Made by a program: the position numbers and the translations under genes. A stretch of 63,839 nt of DNA, counting the filler, from Octopus bimaculoides (lineage: Eukaryota): the NCBI RefSeq assembly GCF_001194135.2. It is 9 parts of 9 records of this genome, joined end to end, with 100 filler letters (N's around TTAATTAATTAA, not from the genome) between each part and the next. Parts side by side here need not be neighbours in the genome. Positions count along the whole stretch, not along the records: positions 1 to 7,739 come from NC_068987.1; positions 7,840 to 28,369 come from NC_069008.1; 7 more parts are not named here. The stretch is one strand, 5' to 3'. Positions 1 through 10,800 of the stretch are shown piece by piece; the first letter of the stretch is position 1, and each line of letters begins with the position of its first letter. The notes under the pieces are model-generated. The model was not told where the DNA came from. It searched no databases and saw only the letters and a program-made list of their open reading frames with translations.

Positions 1-30
<30 letters not shown>

Positions 31-33
<3 letters not shown>

Positions 34-260
34 ATTTTTTTTTAGAATGAGATAAAAAAAACCATGGCTATGGATATTTTAGGACATTTATAAATAGAAG
101 TTCTTACAGCTGTTTCCAGGATATTTATTATATCCCTTCATCGGACACAGTGTGTGAAAATGGTTAAGCAATAGTTAATTTAGATAAGACACAAAATAGT
201 AAGTGAAGTAAAAGAATGAAAATATGTGTGAGATATGCAGGGATATTGCATTTCTAGGTG
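31..260 (-). mobile_element. Diverged copy of the hammerhead-carrying repeat
   Basis: AGGACATTTATAA, CTTACAGCTGTTTC and TATCCCTTCATC are shared, in reverse orientation, with 48640-48856; abuts (AT)n at 1-30. Confidence 0.6.
99..147 (-). ncRNA. Degenerate hammerhead motif, same family as 48753-48806
   Basis: Minus strand reads GUGU-CCGAUGA-A-GGGAUAU-AAUAA-AUAUCCU-G-GAAAC-AGCU-GUA-AGAAC. Core U4>C and stem I is broken; flanks are homologous to the 48.6-48.85 kb copy. Confidence 0.5.
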
Positions 261-2169
261 CATTATTTAGGCAGAATGTTATACATATAAGATTCCAGTA
301 CCTTGTGATATATATACATATATCATTGTGTGTAATATTTATACATGTATAAATATGTGTCCGTGTGCCATTGTCTACACATCACATGATGTGTGTATAG
401 GTATATACATATACGTGATATATATATACGCTGGTATCAAACAGGGTGAATGAGCGCTCAACGCAGCATTAGTGCAAAGAATTTCTTCAATTATACATTA
501 AAAGAGATATCAATGGCTTCAAGTCAAAAAGATCTCTACAACATTCAAGCGATCCGCTTGGAATATTTATAATCGTCTTCAAACTGAAGATGAAATTTAT
601 TAAAATGTATCTCGTCTTCTCGAAAGTAAACGCGCAACTGTGAAAGCGGCGCTATATTCGAAAGTATACTCCATTTTTTGAGATCCATCTTTTTTTTATT
701 ATTATTTTGACATACGCAGCAATTTACGTGATGTCGCCATTAATAAACATCTTTATATCGTCGAAAGACAAAAGACAGAACTGCAACCTTATACTTTTGT
801 GTCGCTCTGTGCTTGAAGACCATTGCAATTTGGACGACTTCGCTTCTCAACGCTTTGCTCTAACAGTACTCAGGATAATCCCATGTATCTCGGCGCTTAT
901 TCCCCTCTGATTATTCTGGGATTAACAAAGCTCTTCACACTTGATGTTCGCTGTTAATAGCAGTGTTTCAGTAAAAATTTGTCAACCGGTTTATATCTAT
1001 TTGCTATAATTCTTTCAAAAAGATTGCCCTCACTCTCCTTGACTATCACAAAACTTGGGAAAGGGCCTATAACCATGGTTCCCATACTTGCTCTGCTCAC
1101 TTTCGGTACTAAATTCGAATTTACTCCTCGAATAGTTTTCTTGTTTTCAATGATTATAAGGATGCAGGTTCCTAAGGATGAAGTTTAATACGAGTGAAAA
1201 TCAATTTAGTAATTTAGCACAATAAATTGCATATACGTGTCCAAACCCTCCGCCATTGACATTGTTTGCGTTTGACGAACAGGAAAGTCACTGCTAAGTC
1301 TCTAGCAAGTTATAAATTGTGTTGCTCTTTGAGTCTTACGAAATCTCATTGCTATTATCGTTTCGTCACTATATTCACACTTAAAATACTTTATTCATTT
1401 CATTTACATTTTAAAATATTTTTCATGAATTTAAACGCTGTGGCTATCAACTGATAATAGATTTCTTTTAAGTTCTTTTGTTATTTTTGTCTTTCTAAAA
1501 GGCAAATTTCAATTCATTTATAAAACATTTTGTACGTCCCACAATGCATTGATACTAACAGAAACTATTGAAATATATTGTTGTGTACCACGTGAAGTAA
1601 TCTCCTAGTTGCAGATTATGCAATTAGATATTATACGAAGCAAATTTTTTGCACGACTTTTTACAAAAAATTTAGTTGCCGAAATTGATGTCGGCTGATG
1701 AAGGAATGTCTCACAAGACTATTGTATATTGGTGTGGCGTAATTTGTTGGGAGGAAGCGTGAATAGGCAGCCTTTAACTGCTACAAAGTACTGAGTATTT
1801 CCTTTGAATAGCAATTTTTTAATGAAATCAATGGTTAATACGCCACACGTTCATGTATTTATCGGTTATACACACATATATGTGTGTGTGCATGTGTGTA
1901 TACCATATATACACAGATACCATATATTCATAGATACATATGTACATATACATATACATATATGTATGTATATACATATACATATATGTATGTATATATA
2001 TATATATATATAATCTTTTATTCACCTTTTCACCTTTTCACCTTTCACGTTTTCACCATTTAGAGAATTAACATTGCTAATCTTTTATTCTTTTACTTCT
2101 TTCAGTCATTTGACTCTGGCCATGCTGGAGCACCGCTTTTAGTCATACAAATCGCCCCCATTTTAGACA

Positions 2170-2273
2170 CACACACACACACACACGCATACACATATAT
2201 ATGTATGTATATTTATACATCTATATATATATACGTACATGTATATATATACACACATACATATATATGCATA

Positions 2274-2348
<75 letters not shown>

Positions 2349-2369
2349 ATCTATCTATCTATCTATCTA

Positions 2370-2414
<45 letters not shown>

Positions 2415-2435
2415 AGTGTGTGTGTGTGTGTGTGT
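2170..2435. repeat. Compound (CA)/(TA)/(TATC)/(TG) microsatellite; representative of many similar tracts (e.g. 44330-45130, 47385-47820, 53070-53160, 53560-53760, 63138-63183)
   Basis: Direct reading. Confidence 0.95.
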
Positions 2436-3680
2436 ATCGTTCGCTTTTATTTTTTGTTAGCATTCTGGCCTTGAAATTTATATCGTTGTATCTCTGAATT
2501 GTCATTACGCCAACAATAAAAATACGCACTGGTTTTCTTTCAACTCATTTATTATTATTGTTCCGCTATGTAACAGTGTTAACCAATGAAATCGATTGCT
2601 TGTTTGATTAATCGCATAATCAATTAATTGATTAAAAGGTTAAAATATTTACTAGTGGGCTAAGAATAGAAACAATAGAACACAAGTAAAAGACAAACAT
2701 TGAGTGTGTTTATTATTTGCATAATGACCCTCCCGAGATATAACAATGCATTTATATACATACATGCATCCATGCACACATACACACACACTCACACACA
2801 CCCACACACATACACACACATATGTATATCTTAGATCTTATACGTTTAGTAAATCTGTGCAGTTCACTCTTCTCTTACTCATACTGCTATTTCACCACTA
2901 GTCAGGAAACTGAATTTGTTAGCAAATGTTTCGATATAAACAAGTCGTTAGCATATTTGTTAGATCTTCTGCTCCATATGATTGATTTCTAACTTCTTTG
3001 ATGAATCGAAGATATCTATGAGGATTTGAAATATATTTGAATATTCAATAACATCTCTGAGAATTCTTTGAAAATCGAATGACTCTTAGCGAAAAACACT
3101 TAAAACGTCCAACGCTAGAATGATATCTATTATAGTTTAAAAGCCTGTATCATGCTGTTCATTTCTCGATTTTATTCTTAGTGCTTAGTATCGTTGTGAA
3201 GTTCTGTTCTATCAATTCGTATTATATGCGTTTAGCAATGTATTTATATATTCATTAGTGTTTAAGTCATATGAATTTGGAAACTTCGAGTCAATGTCAA
3301 ATAATTTGTATTTAACAGGGAAAATCGAACTAGATAAAGCTATGCAAGGATAGCATTGAAATATTGGGTTAAAAACATTTTGGGTAGAAAAAATCAAAGG
3401 CTGCCCGTTCTTTTGAAGTTTTTAACTCTAATGACGTAGAGAATGTACAATGTTCACTGATAATAATAAACCTTCTAAAATGGAAGAAATGACTGTCTTG
3501 TTAACAGGAGATTTAGGTTCGTGTTCCATGGGCCTGTTTCGGCTGTTTCAATGCAAAGTGTGTCTTCGTTTTACCCAGTAACTTACATGCTACTATTTAT
3601 CGCTTTATCTATCCCCTATTTCACCGCTAAAAGCGTATTAATTCATTAGTCTATTTGAAATTGCTTTCTAGGTTTATGTA

Positions 3681-4154
3681 CGAGGGTGAGTCAAACAGTA
3701 ATGCCATTTTGTTTAGGACAGGTATAATTACCAACACAGGAACATGTATCATACATCAAAATGAAGCTGGTCCTCTGTGGATCACATCCCTACTTCTCAA
3801 CATAGTCACCGTTTCTCTCAATAGCAATGTTCCACCTTCGAATGAGAGCATGTATCCCTGCCCTGTAAAATTCTGTTGACTGTTCTTTGAGCCTCTTCTT
3901 CACTATAGTTTTCACTTCTTCGTCACTGGACTATAATCGTTACTGGACTATCATCGTTACTGGACTAACATCGTTACTGGACTATCATCTCTTCGGCCCC
4001 ATGAAAGAGGGTTTGAGAAGCAAGCATTATTTCAGTGACGAGGAAATGAAAACTGTAGTGAAGAAGTGGTTCAAAGTACAGTCAATAGAATGTTACGGGG
4101 CAAGGATACATGCTCTCATTCGAAGGAGGAACATTGCTATTTGAGTCACCCTCG
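3681..4154 (+). mobile_element. Non-autonomous mariner element (deletion derivative)
   Basis: TA|CGAGGGTGAGTCAAA ... TTTGAGTCACCCTCG|TA; internal DYHLFGPMKEGLRSKHYFSDEEMKTVVKKWF (mariner transposase C-terminus). Confidence 0.85.
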
Positions 4155-4633
4155 TAGAATCATATCTACGTGATGTCATGTGATTGTGTAAACATCTACC
4201 CATAAGTAATTTAAAACTTATCCCACATTTACATATCTGAAATGAAACTTTATCTCCGAATATCAGTTTGTAGTCTACTTTTCTGTGTGCGTGTGGGTGT
4301 GTGTGTGTGTGTGCGTGTGTGTGTCTGTGTGTGTGTGTGTGTGTGCGTGCGTGTGAGCGTGCGTGTGTGCGTGTATGTGTGTCAGCGCGTGCGCGTGCGC
4401 GTGTGTGTGTCTATGTATGTATGGATGAATGTTCTTCACTTTCCCATGTTAATTTAGAATAAATTCATTTCGATCGGCCACCATCTTGGTAACAAAGCTG
4501 TGAAGAAAAGCATTTTGTTTTGTTCACCATCTTCTAGAAGCGCTTGCAGATTTTTACAGTCCTAGATATCTTCATCATTTGTAGTGTATGAATTAGGAAT
4601 TTGGGTTCTCTCCCTTAGAAACTCAGTTCAACC

Positions 4634-4800
4634 ATACTTTGCTCCAGCGGGATTGGTATGTATCCTTTTGCTCCAGTTATAATGAATATCAAGCTAAAAA
4701 GTGCATCTCGGGTACTAGATTTGCAAACACCTTATCAATGGTCCATAGCTGTCCTCTTTCACTTGTCCTCTTTCGAACCATATCAGTGTCCAGAGTGCAT
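4634..4800 (+). repeat. Unclassified dispersed repeat, copy 1 (copy 2 at 6036-6198)
   Basis: Shared blocks ATACTTTG.TCCAG.CGGG, ATGTATCCT.TTGCTCCA, CCTCTTTCACTTGT, TCCAGAGTGCAT. Confidence 0.7.
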
Positions 4801-4822
4801 GTATTTATTTAATTATTTATTT

Positions 4823-4863
<41 letters not shown>

Positions 4864-5683
4864 TTATATATGTCTGGCGCCACACAACTTTGTATGCGTG
4901 AGTTTCTCTCTGTGTGCCTGAATTTGTATATCTGATTTCTGTTATTATGTTTAATTATCAGCTTCAGTGTATGTGTTTGTTCGTTATGTCTATTATTTGT
5001 CTCACTGTATGTGTACTTATAAATGCCCGTTTGTGTGTCTCTCACTGCATTTGTATATGAATTCTGCTGTTATTTCGGTTTTACCAAACGCAAGCCAAAC
5101 AGGAAGCTGTCGCTTTTAAATACAGTTGATTAGTTTACTCCATTTTGCAATGGATTTCCTTTGCTGTAAATTCCGAATCTTCCATAAACACGTGAACATG
5201 CAAGACTGGGAAAACGTGTCATCTTTATATTAGACTTACAAAAGACTTTTGACAATGCTAAACTCTAATTACAGACCATGAGAAGGAAATTAAATATGAC
5301 CCTGTAATTATATTTGATTCCACCTAGGATCAGGAATTACCCAAGAATGTGCACGATACCCGAAAAGCACACCTAAAGAAGGCAATAAAAAAACAACAAA
5401 CAACACGAAAACAAACAGCAGGACGTTAATAACAAGCAGGCATAATCAGCAACCAACCATGTCTTTATTGTGAATAACATTTATCTCGCCTTCCTAAGTA
5501 GGCCCATATTCAACGTAACAGAACCTAGACATTTCTCAATGATATGAATGAAGATAAACCTCCTTCAAGTTGTCATATCCGACCTAGACATGTATTTATT
5601 ATATTTAAATATTATATTGTAAATCAATGTTCGATATATGGTACTATTGCATAATTTTATGCCTAGGTATTTAGAATGTTTAA

Positions 5684-5965
5684 GGCAGCGCGCTGACAGA
5701 ATAGATAGTACGCCAGGGAAAATGCTCATCGACATTTCGCCAATCTTTGAGTTCGGAGCTCTAATACGCCAAAATTTGAAACAAAGTTTAAAATGTTTAA
5801 GGCGGTGAGCAGAAAGAATGGTTAACACGCCGGACAAAATAATTAGTAGCATTTTCCGTCCTTAGTTTCTAAGTCCAAATTCAGCCGAGGTCGACTTTGC
5901 CTTTCATCAATTCGAAATCGATAAAATAAGTACTGTTTGAGTACCGGGCATCAATGTAATCAAGT
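5684..5965 (+). mobile_element. tRNA-derived SINE family A (two tandem, partly degraded copies)
   Basis: GGCGGTGAGC..AACACGCCGG..GCCGAGGTCGACTTTGCCTTTCATC core shared with other copies. Confidence 0.75.
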
Positions 5966-6035
5966 ACTGCCTAAGGTACAAAAGAATATTTAGAATGTTT
6001 GTGCGTCTATTAGGTAAAATCTAGGACTGACAGAG

Positions 6036-6198
6036 AATACTTTGGTCCAGACGGGTTGGCATGTATCCTGTTGCTCCAATAAACATGGGTATGAAAGTGA
6101 AAGTGTATCCTGAGTATTGGATTTACAAAGTTATTGATGATCCCTAGATGACCTCTTTCACTTGTAATTTCCGAACCACATTAGTATCCAGAGTGCAT
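6036..6198 (+). repeat. Unclassified dispersed repeat, copy 2
   Basis: Homologous to 4634-4800; ends CCAGAGTGCAT before a TA/TG microsatellite. Confidence 0.7.
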
Positions 6199-6247
6199 AT
6201 ATGTATGTATATATGAATATATGCATATATGTAAGTGTATGTGTGAG

Positions 6248-6293
<46 letters not shown>

Positions 6294-6480
6294 AGTAATT
6301 TGCGTCGAACAATCAAAAATGAATATCTTTCGCTGATAAGATTTAATTAGATTGAAACCCAGTAGTTTCTTTCTCCACGTGGCTTTAAAAATAAGATCTA
6401 TTCCATTCGCTGCCTTTTTTCAAAGTATTGATTATCCGCTATCATACCATGTTATAAATGTTATTTTACTTGCTTGATTT

Positions 6481-6513
<33 letters not shown>

Positions 6514-7230
6514 TCTCGATTTGCATAAGTTTAATAATCTATTTTTTTCAACTCGTATTATCATACGCATAAGATCTTTCGCCAATTTGTGACAGTGTCT
6601 TCCTATGACGCTATCTCTGTTTACATAGGTGCCGAATAGCGGAAATGTTTATCGGTTAGTAACAGGATCAAATACATGTCTGGCGTAAATGAAAGAGCGC
6701 AGTTTAGTCCACTTACAACATTCACCATGTAAGGCTTTAATTGCAAATTTTCTGACCACTTACACATAAAATCGCAAGAAATTTCATGAATTTACTTGAC
6801 ATTTTAAAATAACTAAGCCTATTTATAACTAGCAGCTTCATTTTTAATTGCTTTGTCAGTCTCGAGTATAGCATGAGATAAGAAGGGTTCCCAAGTCATC
6901 ACTGAGAACAGCTGTGCTTTTATCAATTATGGAGCGTTTAGGATTTTAAAGTATGCTGCCCTTACACGTAAATATGTCTTCCAAATCTAGTGATTATCTT
7001 CCTGTTACATACTAGTGCTGCTGTCATAAGACGCTAGCAAAATATCTACAAAGGGAGTTTATACTGATTGTCCCAATGTTCTGCACAGACACACACAAAC
7101 ACGAGAGCGCCTACATACGTGCAGTCACATAGATTTGTACACAAAAAGCACACAAATATAAACGTAAGAATATATTTAGATATATATACATATATATAAG
7201 TAAATATGTATATATACATATAGGTATATG

Positions 7231-7457
7231 TTGGGTTGTCCGGAAAATTCGTGCCGATTTATAGTAGCTTACCTTTCGACTTCTTTGCCATGAAACCACC
7301 TCAAATCTGGGAAGATGTTATTTTCAAGTTAAAAGAAAGATGGAGATGCATTGTGCAACAAAATGGTTCATATTTGGTTCATTAAAAATGTAATGGCAAG
7401 GATTTATTGACCTTTTTCTTTCCTTAAAAATCGGCACGAACTTTCCGGACAACCCAA
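7231..7457 (+). mobile_element. mariner-derived MITE
   Basis: 30-bp TIRs 7231-7260 / 7428-7457 (29/30 identical), TA on the right; internal WEDVIFKLKERWRCIVQQNGSYLVH* (mariner C-terminus). Confidence 0.85.
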
Positions 7458-7739
7458 TATGTTCGTGTGTGTATATATATGTATATGTTTTTGTGTGTAA
7501 ATAATGCATATGCACATATATGTATATACATATGTAAATGTGTATATAAACACATATATATCATTCATATATATGTGTGTATATATATGTATATATATAT
7601 ATATGTGTGTGTGTTTGTGCGTGTGTGTGCGTGTGTGTGTGTGTATGAATATATGTATATATATGTATATATATCTGCATATACATATGTATATATGCAT
7701 ATATATAATTATATGGATATATATATATATATATATATA

Positions 7740-7839
7740 NNNNNNNNNNNNNNNNNNNNNNNNNNNNNNNNNNNNNNNNNNNNTTAATTAATTAANNNNN
7801 NNNNNNNNNNNNNNNNNNNNNNNNNNNNNNNNNNNNNNN
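7740..7839. other. Artificial scaffold linker N44-TTAATTAATTAA-N44 (also 28370-28469, 40341-40440, 44713-44812, 54394-54493, 56087-56186, 60407-60506, 61796-61895)
   Basis: Identical 100-bp structure eight times; the 12-mer has stop codons in all six frames. Confidence 0.95.
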
Positions 7840-10800
7840 CATTCGTTCATACGTACATTCGTTCGTACGTACGATCGTTTGTTCGTTCCTTCCTTCCTAC
7901 GTACGTTCGTTCGGTCGTATGTACGTACGTTCATTCGTTTCTTCGTTCGTTCGGTCGTTCATACGTACGTACGTTCGGTCGTTCGTTCGTACGTACGTTC
8001 GCTCGTTCGTACGTAAGTACGTACGTACGTTTGTTCGTTCGGTCGTACGTTCGTTCGTTCGTTCATTCGTACGTACATAGTTCTTTCCTTATTTCCTGCC
8101 AACGTAATATGTACGTACGTACGTCTGTTCGTTCGTTCGATCGATCTTTCGTACGTACGTACGTACGTTTGTTCGGTCGTACCTACGTACGTACGTTCCT
8201 TCGTTCGTTCGGTCGTAGGTACGTACGTACGTACATACGTTCGTTTGTTCGTTCGTTCGTACGTACGTTCGTTCGTTCTTTCGTACGTACATGCGTTCGA
8301 TCGTTCGTTCGATCTTTCGTTTGTTCTATCCTTCTTTCGTTCGTTCGTTCGTTCGTTCTTTTGTTCGATCGTACGTACATACGTACGTTCGTTCATTCTT
8401 GCGTTCGTTCGTACGTACGTACGTTCGTTTGATCGTTCGTTCGTACGTACTTACGTACGTTAGTTCGTTCGTTCGCACATACGTACGTTCGTTCGTTCAT
8501 ACATTTCGTTCGTTCGCTTGTTCGTACGTAGGTACGTACGTCCGTCCGTTGGTTGTATGTAAGTACCTTCCTTCCTTCCTTCGTNNNNNNNNNNNNNNNN
8601 NNNNNNNNNNNNNNNNNNNNNNNNNNNNNNNNNNNNNNNNNNNNNNNNNNNNNNNNNNNNNNNNNNNNNNNNNNNNNNNNNNNNNNNNNNNNNNNNNNNN
8701 NNNNNNNNNNNNNNNNNNNNNNNNNNNNNNNNNNNNNNNNNNNNNNNNNNNNNNNNNNNNNNNNNNNNNNNNNNNNNNNNNNNNNNNNNNNNNNNNNNNN
8801 NNNNNNNNNNNNNNNNNNNNNNNNNNNNNNNNNNNNNNNNNNNNNNNNNNNNNNNNNNNNNNNNNNNNNNNNNNNNNNNNNNNNNNNNNNNNNNNNNNNN
8901 NNNNNNNNNNNNNNNNNNNNNNNNNNNNNNNNNNNNNNNNNNNNNNNNNNNNNNNNNNNNNNNNNNNNNNNNNNNNNNNNNNNNNNNNNNNNNNNNNNNN
9001 NNNNNNNNNNNNNNNNNNNNNNNNNNNNNNNNNNNNNNNNNNNNNNNNNNNNNNNNNNNNNNNNNNNNNNNNNNNNNNNNNNNNNNNNNNNNNNNNNNNN
9101 NNNNNNNNNNNNNNNNNNNNNNNNNNNNNNNNNNNNNNNNNNNNNNNNNNNNNNNNNNNNNNNNNNNNNNNNNNNNNNNNNNNNNNNNNNNNNNNNNNNN
9201 NNNNNNNNNNNNNNNNNNNNNNNNNNNNNNNNNNNNNNNNNNNNNNNNNNNNNNNNNNNNNNNNNNNNNNNNNNNNNNNNNNNNNNNNNNNNNNNNNNNN
9301 NNNNNNCTCGTACGTTCGGTACTTCGTTCGTTTCTTCGTTCTTTCATTCGAGCGTATGTACGTTTATTCGTACTTTCGGACGTACGTACGTAGGTACGTT
9401 CGTTCATTCGTTTGTTCGTTCGTTTGTACGTACATACGTTCGTTCGTTCGTTCTTTCACTCGTACTTATGTACGTACGTACATACGTACGTTCGTTCGTT
9501 ATTTCGTTCGTTCGTTCACTCCTTCGTACGTACGTACGTTCGTTCGTACGTACGGACGTATGTACGTACGTTTCTTCGTTTGTTCTTTCGCACGTACTTA
9601 CGTACGTACGTTCGTTCGATCGTTCGTTCTTACGTACGTTCGATCGTTCGTTCTTACGTACGTACGTTCGTTTGATCGTTCGTTCTTTTGTTCGTTATTT
9701 CGTTATTTCGTTCGGTCGTTGGTTCGTACGTACGTTTGTTCTTTCGTTCCATCGTTCGGTCGTACATACGTTCGTTCGTTCGGTCGGTCGTACGTATGTT
9801 CATTCGTTAGTTCGTTCCTACGTACGTACGTTTGCTCGTTTGTTCGTTCATTCGGTCGTACGTTCGTTCGATCGTTCGTTCTTACGTACGTCCGTACGTT
9901 CGTTGGTTCGTTCGTTCCTTCCTACGTACGTACGAACGTTCGTTCCTTCGTACGTACGTTCGTTCGTTCGTACATACTTACGTACGTTCGTTCGTACGTA
10001 CATGCATACGTTCGTTCGTTCAATCATTCGTTCGTACGTACGTTTGTCCGTTTGTTCTTTCTTTCGTTCGTTCCATCGTTCGGTCGTTCGTCCGTTCGAT
10101 CGTTCGCTCTTACGTACAAACGTACTTTCGATGGTTCGTTCGTTCCTACGGACGGACNNNNNNNNNNNNNNNNNNNNNNNNNNNNNNNNNNNNNNNNNNN
10201 NNNNNNNNNNNNNNNNNNNNNNNNNNNNNNNNNNNNNNNNNNNNNNNNNNNNNNNNNACGTACGTCCGTACGTTCGTTGGTTCGTTCGTTCCTTCCTACG
10301 TACGTACCTACGAACGAACGTTCGTTCCTTCGTACGTACGTTCGTTCGTACATACGTACGTTCGTCTGTACGTTCGTTCGTACGTACATGCATGCGTTCG
10401 TTCGTTCAATCATTCGTTCGTTCGATCGTTCGTACGTACGTTTGTTCTTTCTTTCGTTCGTTCCATCGTTCGTTCGTTGCTTCGTACGTTCGTTCATTCG
10501 TTCGTTAGTTCGGAGGTTCGTTCATACGTACGTACGTTCACTCGTTTGTACCCACGTACGTAAGTACGTTTGCTCGTTCGTTCGGTCGGTGGTACGTTCG
10601 GTCGTTCGTCCGTTCGTTCGTTCGTTCTTACGTACAAACGTGCTTTCGATGGTTCGTTCGTTCCTACGGACGGACGAACGTTTGTTTCTTCGTACGTACG
10701 TTCTTTTGTTTGTTCGTTTGTTCGTACGTACGTACGTTCGTTCTTTTGTTCATTCGTACGTACGGACGGACGAACGTTCGTTCCTTCGGTCGTTCGTTTG

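Noticed and set aside
930-1200. Minus-strand open stretch (..GPFPSFVIVKESEGNLFERII..)
   Set aside because: No motif recognised and no splice support; cannot be called without a search.
1675-1715. GAAA..GUC..CUGAUGA hammerhead-like permutation
   Set aside because: Only 2 nt are available for stem I and stem II pairing is poor.
5801-5880. tRNA genes suggested by A/B-box-like motifs
   Set aside because: All such motifs are heads of multi-copy SINEs and no full cloverleaf is supported.
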